A stretch of 64,000 nucleotides of DNA from an uncultured Verrucomicrobiae bacterium (GTDB taxonomy: Bacteria; Verrucomicrobiota; Verrucomicrobiia; Chthoniobacterales; UBA10450), in contig CAVWPA010000001.1 in assembly GCA_963756875.1 (NCBI GenBank), positions 668,689 through 732,688 on the forward strand, written 5' to 3'. The notes under the pieces are model-generated. The model saw only the letters and a list, made by a program, of their open reading frames with translations, was not told where the DNA came from and did not search any database. How positions within the stretch are numbered: position 1 is the stretch's first letter; each line of letters opens with the position of its first letter. The translations under genes were made by a program, and so were the position numbers. Positions 31,266 to 43,154 of the stretch are shown here, piece by piece.

Positions 31266-31419
31266 TCTCGCGTTTTCCGCTCAGGCTTCGACGTTTTCTT
31301 CGCCCCGGCTCTTACCGCTTACCGCTTCGCGCTTGGCATTGCTAATCCCGAAGGCTTTCGGGGCCGTCCGCTGGCAGGCCATTAACCTATAACCGGTAAC
31401 TGCGCGTCTGCGTGGACCC

Positions 31420-32250
31420 GTGGAGCAGGTCCGCCGCCAACAGAATCATTCGCAGGTGATGAACAAGATGAACCTGTTCAATGTTAACCTGAGCTATCAA
31501 GCCACGCCACGCTGGAGCTTCTCTGCGGACGTCCCTGTATTGTTCGCAACCCGACGTGGCCAGAGTTCCCCGTATACCACTGCTGCCCAAGGTGTCGGAG
31601 ATATTATTCTCACCGCGCAATCCTGGCTCTGGAGACCTCCGACAGAATCCGCGGGCAATGTGGCTGTAGGATTTGGCGTGATGCTGCCAACCGGCAGGTC
31701 CAATGTCAAGAACACCGTCGACAACGGGACCGACATAGTCACCATACCCGTCGACTATTCGATCCAGCCCGGTCAGGGAGGTTGGGGAATCGTGGGACAG
31801 GTTCAGGCTTTCAAGGCGGTCAGCAAGGCGGTATTCTACTTCGACGCCAGTTATATTGCGACTCCGCAGAGCGTTAACGGCACTTTCAGAGGCGGAACTA
31901 ACCCCCTGACCCAATACAATTCCATCTCCGATCAGTACCTGGCTGAAGCCGGCATTGCTTACCCGATCAGCCGCATTCCGGGACTGTCTCTAACCTTTGG
32001 GCCGCGCGACGAAGGCGTCCCGGTGCGGGACCTCTTCGGCAAAAGCCTCGGGTTCCGCAGGCCGGGTTTTGCGATTTCGGTCGAGCCGGGATTCGAGTAT
32101 GCTCGGGGAAAGAGCATCTATACTTTTGGGATCGGCAAGGCCGTGTATCGTACCCGCGAGCGCAGCGTTCCGGATTTCGTGAGCGGCGGCCATGGAGATG
32201 CTGCCTTCGCGGACTGGGTATGGCTCGCGAACTACACTTATCGGTTTTAG
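31420..32250 (+). CDS. Outer-membrane beta-barrel transporter-like protein, 5'-truncated
   Basis: [20 protein letters not shown], alternating beta pattern, terminal YRF; no signal peptide before the junction. Confidence 0.7.
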   Translation: MEQVRRQQNHSQVMNKMNLFNVNLSYQATPRWSFSADVPVLFATRRGQSSPYTTAAQGVGDIILTAQSWLWRPPTESAGNVAVGFGVMLPTGRSNVKNTVDNGTDIVTIPVDYSIQPGQGGWGIVGQVQAFKAVSKAVFYFDASYIATPQSVNGTFRGGTNPLTQYNSISDQYLAEAGIAYPISRIPGLSLTFGPRDEGVPVRDLFGKSLGFRRPGFAISVEPGFEYARGKSIYTFGIGKAVYRTRERSVPDFVSGGHGDAAFADWVWLANYTYRF

Positions 32251-34583
32251 TGACGACTTGCGATCGACCAACTTCGAGCCCAGGAGAGGCCAAACGTCCC
32301 GGCCTTCGAGCGGCGCGGCGTCCCTACTCTCCTGTAAGAAGAAGGTTGTTACCGCTGGTGGGCGTTTCACTCACCACGTTCTTCCTTCTTCCGATCGGAA
32401 CGCGAAGCAATCTTCGAGGGGCGCCCGGCAATATGCGGGCGCCCTCTCTCTTGGCCCGCGGCGAAGACACTGGGAACCATCTTGTCTCCCAGAAGAGCCC
32501 TTATCTTCTCGATCACGCGCACGACCTCGTGAATTGGTATCCGTGGGGACCTGCCGCGTTCGAGAGAGCACGCAAGGAGAACAAGCTTATCTTCCTCTCC
32601 ATTGGCTACTCCTCATGCCACTGGTGCCACGTGATGCAACGAGAGAACTTTGAGGATCCCGGCGTTGCGAAGCTCATGAATCAGGCGTTCGTCGCCATTC
32701 TCGTCGACCGGGAGGAGCGCCCCGATATCGACCGCGAATACCTGGCCGTCTCGGAGATGCTCACCGGGTCAGCGGGGTGGCCACTAAACATCATCATGAC
32801 TCCGGACAGGAAGCCGTTCTTTGCGGCAACCTACATCCCCAAACAAAGCCGCCCCGGCATGCCCGGGATGCTGGAATTGATTCCAAGGGTCGAGCGAACG
32901 TGGCAGAGAAATCCGGCCGAGTTATCAGCCGGTGGCGACAAGGTGAGGGGCTTGCTTGAGCAATCACTGAATCGGAAAGCGCCGGGGCAGGACATCGGAC
33001 AGTCCGTGTTAGACACGGCCTACAGGCAGCTCTCTTCGAGCTTCGATCCGCTCTATGGAGGCTTTGGCGGAGCCCCAAAGTTTCCCCCGGCGATGGACGT
33101 GCTTTTCCTTCTTCGCTACTGGAGGCGTACCCGCGACAGCAAAGCGCTGGTCATGGTGGAAAAGACTCTGGATGCCATGCGCCTGGGCGGGGTCTATGAC
33201 CAGGTTGGGTTCGGTTTCCATCGCTACGCCACGGATCGGGAGTGGCGGGTGCCGCATTTCGAGAAGATGCTCTACGATCAGGCCCTGATCGCGATGGCCT
33301 ACACCGAAGCCTACCAGGCCACTCACCAGGAGCGCTATGCGCGGACGGCGCGGGAGATTTTTGCCTACGTGGCGCGAGATCTTACGTCGCCCGAAGGCGC
33401 ATTTTACGACGCCCAGGATTCCGATTCCGAAGGCCAGGAGGGCAAGTTTTACCTGTGGACAGAAAGGCAGATTCGTGAGGTCCTGGAAAAGCGTGAGGCG
33501 GACCTGATCGTGAAGGTGTTCGGCGTGAACGACGCCGGCGATTTCTCTCCAGGCGGGCGTGCAGGTGGACCTTCAGGTGAAAAAGATCAGAATGTGCTTC
33601 GCCTGCGTGCTCCGTTAAGCCAGATCGCTTCGGAACTGAGCATCTCCCAAGACGATCTTGAACGGCGCCTCGAATCAGCACGTGAAAAGTTGTTCAGAGC
33701 GCGCGCGAGGCGCGTGCATCCGAAGACGGATGACAAGATACTGACCGCCTGGAACGGCTTGATGATTGCCGCGCTGGCCAAGGGTGCCCAGGCGCTAGGT
33801 GAGAAGCAGTATGCCGACGCAGCTCGGCGCGCCGCCGATTTCGTCCTGAGCAAGATGCGAACCTCCGATCGTTCGGCAACGGGCCGGCTGCTCCACCGCC
33901 ATGCCGGCGGAGAGGCGTCGCTTGCTGCAAATCTGGACGACTACACTTACCTGACGTGGGGATTGCTTGAACTCTACGAAGCCACTTTCCAGATAGCGTA
34001 TCTTCGAGCAGCGATCGACTTGAATCGGCAGGCCATGGAGCAGTTCTGGGACGCAAACGATGGCGGTCTTTTTCTGACCGCCTCCGCCAATCGCGATGAT
34101 CTGGTAAGGCAGAAGAGTTTTGATGACAGTGATCTGCCCTCGGGAAATTCCGTCGCTGCGCTCAACCTGATCCGGTTGGCGACCCTGACCGGCAATACGG
34201 CGCTCGAAAAGAAGGCCACGGAAATCAGGCGCGCCCTCGCGAGCATCATTCAAAAATCCCCTTCGGAATACCCGGTAATGCTTATTGCGGCGGATTTCGC
34301 CTTAGGGCCGTCCTATGAAGTTGTGATCGCGGGCAGACCGCGGGCCGCGGATACTGAGGCCATGTTGCGGGCGGTGACGGCTCCGTTCGCGCCTAACAAG
34401 GTTGTCCTGCTGCGGACCACGGAAGAGGCCTCGCCCGAAATCGTTCATTTCGCGGATTACACGCGCTACCAGTCGGCAATTCAGGGGAAGGCGACCGCGT
34501 ACGTCTGTGTCAAGTACAACTGCAAGCTTCCCACGACAGACGCCGGGAAGATGCTGGAGCTGCTCGGCGTCAAGTCGGAGTGA
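32220..34583 (+). CDS. YyaL/SSP411-like thioredoxin domain protein (start uncertain)
   Basis: [70 protein letters not shown]. Confidence 0.93.
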   Translation: MARELHLSVLVTTCDRPTSSPGEAKRPGLRAARRPYSPVRRRLLPLVGVSLTTFFLLPIGTRSNLRGAPGNMRAPSLLARGEDTGNHLVSQKSPYLLDHAHDLVNWYPWGPAAFERARKENKLIFLSIGYSSCHWCHVMQRENFEDPGVAKLMNQAFVAILVDREERPDIDREYLAVSEMLTGSAGWPLNIIMTPDRKPFFAATYIPKQSRPGMPGMLELIPRVERTWQRNPAELSAGGDKVRGLLEQSLNRKAPGQDIGQSVLDTAYRQLSSSFDPLYGGFGGAPKFPPAMDVLFLLRYWRRTRDSKALVMVEKTLDAMRLGGVYDQVGFGFHRYATDREWRVPHFEKMLYDQALIAMAYTEAYQATHQERYARTAREIFAYVARDLTSPEGAFYDAQDSDSEGQEGKFYLWTERQIREVLEKREADLIVKVFGVNDAGDFSPGGRAGGPSGEKDQNVLRLRAPLSQIASELSISQDDLERRLESAREKLFRARARRVHPKTDDKILTAWNGLMIAALAKGAQALGEKQYADAARRAADFVLSKMRTSDRSATGRLLHRHAGGEASLAANLDDYTYLTWGLLELYEATFQIAYLRAAIDLNRQAMEQFWDANDGGLFLTASANRDDLVRQKSFDDSDLPSGNSVAALNLIRLATLTGNTALEKKATEIRRALASIIQKSPSEYPVMLIAADFALGPSYEVVIAGRPRAADTEAMLRAVTAPFAPNKVVLLRTTEEASPEIVHFADYTRYQSAIQGKATAYVCVKYNCKLPTTDAGKMLELLGVKSE

Positions 34584-34710
34584 GGATTGGAGGCGAGGTC
34601 GGTCCATCGGCTTGGGTAATAGCCGCTGAAAGAACCGGAGCTTGTCATTCGCAGCGTAGCAAAAATCAAAATCCTGATGAGCATAACAAATCACAGTGAC
34701 GCTCAATTCT

Positions 34711-34762
34711 GTAGCGGCGCTGTCCCCAGCGCCGAAATCGCCGGTGCGGACACCGGCGCTAC
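34711..34762. repeat. GTAG...CTAC REP doublet
   Basis: GTAGCGGCGCTGTCCCCAGCGCCG..CGCCGGTGCGGACACCGGCGCTAC; related copy at 38310-38358. Confidence 0.7.
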
Positions 34763-34797
34763 AGGAAAAGCGGTTAGAGCACTGACGTTGCACGGCA

Positions 34798-35345
34798 ATG
34801 AAATTCTCAATCTTCAAAATTAGTGCCGTTGCGGCGTATCTCGCTCTCACAACGCTCGGGAGCGCGAGAGCAGCAGACCCGGCGCCGGAACTGGGTCTGT
34901 GGGACCTTAACGGCCAGATGCAGAAGCTGACCCAGTACCGGGGCAAGATCGTCATCCTCAACTTTTGGGCCACGTGGTGCGTTCCCTGCCAGGAAGAGTT
35001 GCCCCTGCTCGCTGAGGAACGGAAACGCTACGGCGATCGCATCGTGGTGATCGCCGCGTCCGTTGATGATGCGACCACCGTCAAGAAGGTCCGGCCTTTC
35101 GCGAAAAAGGAGAAGCTCAATTTTCCGGTGTGGATTGGCGCGACTGTCGATCACATGGAGCAGTTCAAACTCGGCGACGCGGTCCCGGCGACTGCATTTC
35201 TCGACAGCGACGGCAACGTCGTCGGGCGCGTGATGGGCCTGCTTCGCAAAGACGACCTCGAGCACCGCATCGAGTGGCTTCTTGGCGACCGCCACGGGAC
35301 CGCACCTCCGCCCCTCGTCAACAATCTGAGTCCCGAGATAACTGT
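34798..35345 (+). CDS. TlpA family disulfide reductase (end approximate)
   Basis: Signal peptide; GKIVILNFWATWCVPCQEELP. Confidence 0.88.
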
Positions 35346-35424
35346 CCTCGACCCAAGTTGCCATGCACGCCCGCCCAGTCTCAGGCTTTATCCTCTCCCG
35401 GCTTATCCCTTATACTCTTTGGAT

Positions 35425-37135
35425 ATGGAGGAGAAACCCAGGGGCGCGGGGTTGGAGACTCCGCAGGAGCAACGCTCCGAGAGGAACCCCTCCGCATCTG
35501 AGGTTCGGTGGCAAGAGCAGACGCTCGAGCCCGCCTTGAAGAAATCCCCTGAGCGCCAGACGAGTTTCACCAGCCTGTCCGGCGTTCCGGTCGAACGCCT
35601 CTACACACCCGCTGACCTTAGCAACTTCGAATATAAGCGCGACCTGGCCGACCCGGGGCAGTACCCGTTCACGCGGGGCATCCACCGACAATGTACCGGG
35701 GCAAGCTCTGGACCATGCGCATGTTCGCGGGCTTTGCCACCCCCGAAGATACCAACAAGCGTTTCAAGTTCCTGCTGGAAGCCGGGCAGACAGGGCTTTC
35801 CACCGCCTTCGACATGCCCACCCTCATGGGCTACGACCCGGATCACCGCTGCCTGGGCGAAGTCGGCCGCGAAGGCGGTATCGGTAGCCAGCATCGAAGA
35901 TATGGAAGACTCTTTGGAGACATTCCCCTCGAGAAGGTCTCGACCTCGATGACGATCAATGCGCCCGCGCCTATCTTCTGGCGCTGTACATTGCCGTCGC
36001 CGAGCGCCAGGGCGCGGACCGGAAAAAATCCGGGCACGATGCAGAACGACATGCTCAAGGAGTTCATTGCTCAGAAGGAGTAGATCTCCCCGCCGGCGCC
36101 CACATGCGCATGGTACCCGCGACATGCTGGTCTATTGCGCCAAGAACATGCCGCAGTGGAACACCATCTCCATTAGCGGCTATCACATTCGCGAAGCCGG
36201 CGCGACGGCCATCCAGGAGCTCGCGTTTACCCTGGCCGATGGCATTGGCTACTTGCAAGCCGGTGTGGATGCCGGGCTCGACATCGACGACTTTGCGCCG
36301 CGCCTGTCCTTCTTCTTCGATGTCCACAACGACTTCTACGAGGAGATTGCCAAATTCCGCGCCGCGCGCCGCATCTGGGCCCGAATTGTCAAAGAGCGCT
36401 TTGGCGCCAAAGATCCCAAATCCTGGCTCCTGCGCTCGCATGCGCAAACCGCCGGCGTCTCGCTCATGGCCCCGCAGCCTCTCAACAATGTGGTCCGCAC
36501 CACCATGCAGGGCCTGGCGGGCGTATCTAGGCGGAACGCAGAGCCTTCATACAAACTCTTACGAGAGACCTAGGCCCTTCCCACAGAGGAGGCCGCCGGC
36601 CTTGCCCTGCGCACCCAGCAAGTCATTGCGCGAAGAGAGTGGCGTGATGGCCATGGCCGACCCCTGGGCCGGTTCCTACTTCGTGGAGAAGCTCACGCTC
36701 GATACGGAGCGCGCCTGCTTGGAGTATTTCGAGAGAATCGATGCACTCGGCGGTATGGTCGCTGCAATTGAAAAGAGCTATCCACAGAAAGAAATCCATG
36801 ATGCCGCCTACGCTTACCAGCAGGAACTGGAGCGCAAGGAAAAGGTGATTGTAGGCGTCAATGAGTTTGTGTCCGGGGAAAAGCGCCCCATCGAGATCCT
36901 GGTTATCGATGAAGGCGTGGCCCACCGGCAACGTCAAAAGCTGGCCGAGTTGAAGAGAAAGCGGGACTGCGCGCGCGTCAAATCGGCGATTGAGTCGCTC
37001 GCCGGGGCTGCCGCGTCGGATACGAACTTGATGCCCTACATCCTCGAATGCGTACGCGCCTACGCAACCCTCGGTGAAATGTGCGACGTCTTGCGGCGCG
37101 TGTTTGGGACTTACGAGGAGCCAGCCTTTCGCTGA
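35425..37135 (+). CDS. Methylmalonyl-CoA mutase family, substrate-binding subunit (multiple frameshifts)
   Basis: [89 protein letters not shown]. Confidence 0.92.
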
Positions 37136-37185
37136 TTTCGAGCGGCGGGTAACCGTCGTACACTTGACTCATACCGTTACTTTCC

Positions 37186-37735
37186 ATGACTGATCGCCGT
37201 ATTCGTGTTCTCGTTGCCAAGCCCGGGCTCGACGGGCATGACCGTGGTGCCAAGATCATCGCCCGCGCCCTGCGGGACGCAGGAATGGAAGTCATCTACA
37301 CAGGCCTCAGGCAGACTCCGGAACAGATCGTGAACGCGGCGCTTCAGGAAGACGTCGACGCCATCGGCATTTCCATCCTTTCGGGCGCGCACAACACAAT
37401 CCTGCCGAGAATTTGTCAGCTTCTTCACGAGAACGACATGGATGAGCGCGCTGCTGATCGTCGGCGGTATCATTCCCGATGAAGACATCGCCGGACTGAA
37501 GCAGGCGGGGGTGGCGGAAGTGTTTCAGCCGGGTGCTTCAACACAGGATATCGTTAGCTTCATCCGCACTCGGGTACCAACATCCGCCGGGGGAGAGAAG
37601 ACGTTGAATCCGGAAACTTCGGGGGACCGGTTATGCCCACGGGAACTCTGCAGTAATAGTTTGGTCGTGTTGCTCCTTCAGAGCCCGGGTTTTCCCTGCC
37701 GAATGCCCGCACCCATTAGACATGCAAACGCCTGA
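37186..37735 (+). CDS. Cobalamin-binding subunit of split acyl-CoA mutase (frameshift; end uncertain)
   Basis: [13 protein letters not shown] (DxHxxG), [15 protein letters not shown]. Confidence 0.9.
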
Positions 37736-38180
37736 TCCAGCCTCCGATTCTCCAACTCTCTCCAAGCGAGCCGCACGACGTTTGATTCAGCGTGCTTTCG
37801 TGCTTGCCGGGCGCGACCGCATCGTCCGCCAGCATATCCGCGAAGCCCGCCTGACCACCCGCTGGATATTGGAAGATTGGAAGCTGACATGGACGTTGAT
37901 TCTCGATCGCGGCAAGCTCGACTTTGACCGGCGTCCCATAAAAAAAGTCCACCTGATCCTCACCTGGGCATCGGCCTCGGCTTTCTTCAAAGAAGTGCAG
38001 AATGCCACTCGCTCTCGAGGCTGGCTCGGACGCCGGTCAACACGGTGAAGCGTCCAGGGCCAAATTGAACGGCAATATGCAGCTCGCGAAAGTACTGGAA
38101 CCGTGTATTTCGCGTTCTGCGCGGCGCTCCGCGAAGTGCTCACCAATCCGGTGGATGAGAACGGCGATCCGTTGGTGTAA
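37722..38180 (+). CDS. Hypothetical protein (frameshifted, possibly SCP2-like fold)
   Basis: ORF 37722..38048 continues in another frame to ...[10 protein letters not shown]. Confidence 0.45.
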
Positions 38181-38309
38181 CCCTGCGTCTTTCCGCCGGC
38201 CTTCTCGATAGTTCCCCCTGTGCGTTCCCCGTCCTGCATCTAAGTATTTGCAAACCGGTCGCATTGTGGAGAGTCACACGCGCTACACACGCTAGGGACA
38301 TCGGTTTCT

Positions 38310-38358
38310 GTGCCGGTGTCCTCAGCGCCGAAGCCGCCGGTCGGGACACCGGCGCTAC
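38310..38358. repeat. REP doublet related to 34711-34762
   Basis: Ends CGCCGGTCGGGACACCGGCGCTAC. Confidence 0.6.
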
Positions 38359-38399
38359 AGCCACGGTCGTCAGCTAAGTCTATAAATTGTTCTTCGGAA

Positions 38400-39834
38400 T
38401 CAGTGCGCATCGGCATTATGGCGGATGAAATAGTGCCACTTGTCCAGAGGCGGGTACGGCGATATCAAAGAAACCGACCATCATCTCCTCATAGGTCTGA
38501 TCCCCCACGTCACCGTCCTCGAAGGGTCAGGATTATGAGGATTGTTCCTGGAGTTATCGTACCAGGCAACCGCCTGAAGCTCGGTGCCCGCCTTGAGAAA
38601 GCGAGGCTCCGCCAAACGGTAGCTCAGCTGCCAGTAAAAATCGTAGTTGACCCGCAGCAGATTCTCGATGACCCTTCCGTCCGGGATGAATGATGTTGTA
38701 CTCGAATCGTTTCCCGCGTAGATGCATGTGCGGAAAGAAACTGAGCAAAGTGGCGTCATTCGGCAGGGTGCCGTGGACTTCGACTCGATAATCATCGACT
38801 TGCGGCGGGATCACGAAATGGTCATTGGTCAACTGCAACGTGATACCCGCTGCCTGGCGGGCGCTTTGCAAAGACAAGGCCAACGCTTGTCTGATCGCTG
38901 GCCGGACGGCCGTTAGCGACGTAATGCATCTGGAAGACGAGGTCCGATCCGGCGGGAATAAATTTAGCCATACCGTCCGGCCAATCGTCCGGTGAGCTGC
39001 CGGGTGCATAGACCAGAAGCAGATCGCTATCGGTCCAGTGTGCGCCATGTTGGTCTTGCGCTTCGGTCAGGCTGGATGCCGTGAAAGGCACGCCGACAGG
39101 CGCATGCCCTAGCCAACCGGAATGTGGCGGGCGGATATAAACGACGGCATGGTGAACGTTCCGCCGGCTGGATGGAAGGATCTCCGACATTTGCACCCAC
39201 TTGTCCTCGGCGAAACCAGTAGGCACGATCTCGTAGGTGTACTCAACGTCCCCGCTGCGCGGGAAGTGACGACCGGTCTGCGGCATTTCGAGGACGAGTC
39301 GGGTCGCGGGATATTCCAACCCTCGGTCCAGCGCCGAGGCGGCGGTGCGTCGCGGGGATCGCCGGACGGAGCGTGCGCGTCAGCCCAGGCCGAAAGCGTT
39401 TCGATCTGCTGCGGAGTAAGCGAAGGGTCGTTCGAGAACCGGCCTGAATGCGGATCGGCAAACCACGGCGGCATCTTCCTCAGGCGGACTGCCTGCCGGA
39501 TCGCCGCTGCCCACGGCCGGGTCTGATGATAGGTCACCAGCGGCATAGGCGCGATTTCGTTTGCACGATGGCAATTCTGGCAGTGCTGCTGGAGGATGGG
39601 CAGCACATCTCGATAAAACGTGGGCTTCGTGGGGTTGCCGGCCTGCGCGATTGCTTGCAGCAGGATCGTGGCGATGCAGGATAACGCGAGAGCACCGGGC
39701 CCGCCTCGTCGGGCGGGGGTGGTTAGCTGAGCTATAAGGAGATTGCCTTCGATGTCCTCGCCGCTGGAGCTTTCCATTTCACGCCGGGTTTCCAGCCACT
39801 TCGCAGACAAAATCCCGATACATACTGTCAGCAT
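38400..39834 (-). CDS. Exported cytochrome c / copper type II monooxygenase-like protein (frameshifted; start uncertain)
   Basis: CQNCHR heme motif, RKMPPW, NVHHAVV, FQMHY, FPHMHLRGK, YDFYWQ, DQTYEEMM. Confidence 0.8.
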
Positions 39835-40138
39835 AGCACGGCTGGTTCTCAGTCGATTCGGTCCGAGGAAGGTGCTGTGCGACGGTACTGTTTCGATGGC
39901 CGGAGAAACCGAGCCGGCGTGAACTTGAGAGCACGATCCCAGGGCTGAACACGCAATGGTCGAAACGGTCCTCAGTCGGAGTTGGCGGCGCCCTGGAGTC
40001 CCCTCGCGGGTTGGTCAAGGGTGGGATGGCGGACGAGAAGAATTGGGAGCGCGTCCTAGCGGAGTGGCACGACTTGGTGGCAAAGCAGGTTGAGCGAACC
40101 GCTCGACCTGCAGCTGAGCGACCCAGCCGCGCCGTGTG

Positions 40139-41299
40139 TCATTTGCGGTTACTGGCCAAGCTGCCCGCCCGATGCGAATCGAGTGCGCGCACGCTGAATG
40201 AGCGCGCTCGCCGCGGAGGAAAACTCCTCGCCGAAGTGCCAACTGTCGAGAGGGAATTAGCCGTTTGCGCCGGAGGCAGGGAACCGGAGCTTGAATGTTC
40301 AGGGCGACTCCTGACCCACTCCGAGGCGCGACGCTGCGCCTCAACAAGTTGATCAGCCTTCATTTTTCCCGCCAAGCGCTCCTTCGCGTCCTGGATGCTC
40401 CTGTCAACGTAATCGCCGGTGGTTCCCGAGAGGAGAAGCCACATGTACGCGGACACCTTGTCCTCCGGAACGCAGTAGCCGTCGCGAAGCATCTGCCCCA
40501 GGATAAACTGAGCTAACCCGTTGCCCTGCGTCGCCGCCTTCTGAAACCAGTCGAATATGGCAGCAGGGCGTTGACGGAAGACGCTTGATTCGCCCCCGCT
40601 GTTGACGGCTGGGGCCGGGCCGCTCTGCCGGAATGCGTACAGAATCGCTTCTGCGCGATTGGAAACGCCTAGCTTGTCGAAGATCCGCAGCAGGTAATTC
40701 TTTACCGTATGCTCGCTCAGCTTCAGTTCCGCGGCAATCTCACGGTTGGTAAGGCCTTCGGAAAGGCTACGAATCACGTCCTGCTCGCGTTTTGACAGCA
40801 GAGCTATGCCCTTGGAATCGACCAATCTGGACGGTGGTGATTTCCCCAGCGCTTGCAGCACAAAATCCAGTTCGGCGGTTGTCGCCCAGATTTGTCCGCG
40901 ATGCACAACGTCAAGGCACTTGCAGAGGTCGTCGATTGAATTAGACCGGCAGAAAACTCCCCTTGCTCCAACCCGAAAGGCCTCAAGAACGAGGCCGCAG
41001 GATGATGCGTCAGTCAGAACAATGAGCTTCATCTCCGGGTAAGACGCCCGCAACTGGCGTGCAATGACAAACCCTCTACCTTCTTCATCGTCCAGGTTCG
41101 GGCTGAGCACCACAACCTGTGGCTTACCCTCCGCTGCCGCCTGCAGCAGATCAGCCGAGCTTGCTACGGCGGCAGTCACATTGAAGCGCCCCGAGCGATT
41201 GAGAGCATCGCCCAGTAACTGACTGCCCATGCGCGTGGCATCGGCTACCAGAACGCGAACATGATGGTCGACTTGCAATAATGAGTTTGCACTTGCCAT
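40139..41299 (-). CDS. LuxR/NarL family response regulator with C-terminal Sel1-like repeat
   Basis: Degenerate receiver; LSKREQDV..GLTNREIAAELKLSEHTVKNYL; WFQKAATQGNGLAQFILGQMLRDG..AYMW. Confidence 0.88.
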   Translation of the reverse strand: MASANSLLQVDHHVRVLVADATRMGSQLLGDALNRSGRFNVTAAVASSADLLQAAAEGKPQVVVLSPNLDDEEGRGFVIARQLRASYPEMKLIVLTDASSCGLVLEAFRVGARGVFCRSNSIDDLCKCLDVVHRGQIWATTAELDFVLQALGKSPPSRLVDSKGIALLSKREQDVIRSLSEGLTNREIAAELKLSEHTVKNYLLRIFDKLGVSNRAEAILYAFRQSGPAPAVNSGGESSVFRQRPAAIFDWFQKAATQGNGLAQFILGQMLRDGYCVPEDKVSAYMWLLLSGTTGDYVDRSIQDAKERLAGKMKADQLVEAQRRASEWVRSRPEHSSSGSLPPAQTANSLSTVGTSARSFPPRRARSFSVRALDSHRAGSLASNRK

Positions 41300-41436
41300 A
41301 GTATCGTCAAGGTCCGAAAAAGCGAACCTGTTTCTCCCTCCGCGAAGTTACCGGCCAAACCCTCGAACGCTCCCGGCCGCCGGCATCGGGCCCCAAACCC
41401 TTTTCAGGTGTTTAGGCTGCGGGGACTTCCTGCCGC

Positions 41437-41478
41437 GGTACAGGTATCTTTACAGTAGGTACAGGTCCCGGTACAGGT
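41437..41478. promoter_or_regulatory. Three direct GGTACAGGT repeats, candidate regulator site
   Basis: Copies at 41437, 41458 and 41470 in the divergent intergenic region. Confidence 0.4.
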
Positions 41479-42197
41479 AGACCTCTATTTAACGCAACCC
41501 GCTCACCGACGTCTGTTCAAAACTGACCATTTTCCGATGGCAAAGCGCCTATTACTAAACAATTACAACGGTATGAGGACCGCGCTCCATGAGTCACTCT
41601 AACTTAGCGGCCGAGAATGACTTTGCCCTACCGGCGGGGAGGACCGACACCCCCGACACTTGACAAGCCCGTAACTGTTTGTACATAAAGGCTCGGCGCA
41701 GGGGCATTCCAGGTGCAGGGGCCTTTCTTCTCCAGGGACTGAGCATAGTGTCTCCAAACTCGAGATGAGGATGGGGCTAGGACTTAAGTACCAGGTAGTG
41801 AGATACAGAGCATGATTGCCTGGGTCACCCTGCCGTGAGCAGCGAGGTCTTTCGGCTTCTTGCGGCGAGTGCTGTCGGCGTCTTATGATCTTCCCTGTTC
41901 TCCCTGGGCTCACAAATACAGGGTCCGGGAGGTTCCCATGCCAGACTTGATTCCCGGCGCTTGGTGTTTCCTCAGAAGACTGCGGCGGCCCTGCGCGGTA
42001 GTGTTCCTGCGGGCAGGAAGGACGACTACACGTTGTTCTCGAAAACTGTGGCAGGCAGCGGCAGTGCCGATCATAATCATAACTGGTGCGGACTTTACAC
42101 GTGGCACCGAGCGAAGAATCGATCGGGAGCATACTGAGGGTCGAGTGACGATTTTGATGCGGACTGAAACCGTGTCGGCCCAGGATTTCGAGGTTCG

Positions 42198-43154
42198 ATG
42201 ATAGGTGACGTCAAAGAGTCACATGCCGAGGTGCAGTCTGCCACTTGTCCCGTAGAGGTGAATAGCCGGAGTGTCGATTCAACGATCTCGGCCCCGTTTA
42301 TACGAGCTATATTCAGGCGCCAGTGGCACCTCTGTTTGCTGGTAGCAGTCGTGGCACTGCTGTACGGCTCCGTGCTGAAAGACCTGGTTCTCGACTGGGT
42401 GAGGGACCCCGATTATGGCCATGGGTTCATCGTGCCCGTTTCCGCGGGTTACGCGCTGTGGCGATCGCGCAGCCGTTGGCGAAACCTTCCGCTCAAACCG
42501 AGTAATTTCGGGTTATCGGTCGTACTGGCCGCAATAGCTTTGCTTCTTGTCGGATCGCTCGGAGCTGAACTCTTCCTGACCCGCGTGTCACTGCTCCTGC
42601 TGCTGGCAGGCATTGTGCTTTACCTCTTTGGATGGAAGATGCTCGGTGCGGTTGCGTTTCCGCTGGGCTATCTGGTTCTGATGATACCTTTGCCGAGCAT
42701 TGTCTACAATCAGGTGACATTCCCACTACAGCTTCAAGCCTCACGCCTCGCCGCTGTCAGCCTGGATGCGGTGCAGGTTCCGGTTCTGCGCGAAGGTAAT
42801 TTGCTGATCCTTCCCAATCACACGCTGGAGGTTGTGGAAGCTTGTAGCGGGATCCGGTCGCTCATGTCGCTGATCGCGCTGGCGATCGCCTACGGATATC
42901 TGGCAGAGCGCCGCGCCTGGGTGCGTGCCACACTTGCGGTTCTTATGATTCCGATGGCCGTGCTGAGCAACGGCTTCCGCGTCTTTGGGGCCGGGGTCTC
43001 TACTTACGTGCTCGGGCCAGAGTGGGCCGAGGGTTTTTTCCACACATTCTCCGGATGGCTGATTTTCATGACCGCGCTTGCCGGCATGCTGGTTGCTCAC
43101 CGGATATTAAAGCGCGTGGCCGTCTTTCTGGAAACAAGGGGCGCGAATGCCTGA
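42198..43154 (+). CDS. Exosortase
   Basis: DPDYGHGFIVP, MIPLP, REGN, LEVVEACSGIRSL, NGFRV, FFHTFSGW. Confidence 0.93.
   Translation: MIGDVKESHAEVQSATCPVEVNSRSVDSTISAPFIRAIFRRQWHLCLLVAVVALLYGSVLKDLVLDWVRDPDYGHGFIVPVSAGYALWRSRSRWRNLPLKPSNFGLSVVLAAIALLLVGSLGAELFLTRVSLLLLLAGIVLYLFGWKMLGAVAFPLGYLVLMIPLPSIVYNQVTFPLQLQASRLAAVSLDAVQVPVLREGNLLILPNHTLEVVEACSGIRSLMSLIALAIAYGYLAERRAWVRATLAVLMIPMAVLSNGFRVFGAGVSTYVLGPEWAEGFFHTFSGWLIFMTALAGMLVAHRILKRVAVFLETRGANA

Noticed and set aside
34798..35952. TlpA-mutase fusion protein shown in the ORF track
   Set aside because: The linker looks non-coding, the mutase has its own ATG at 35425, and indels are common here, so a lost stop is likelier.
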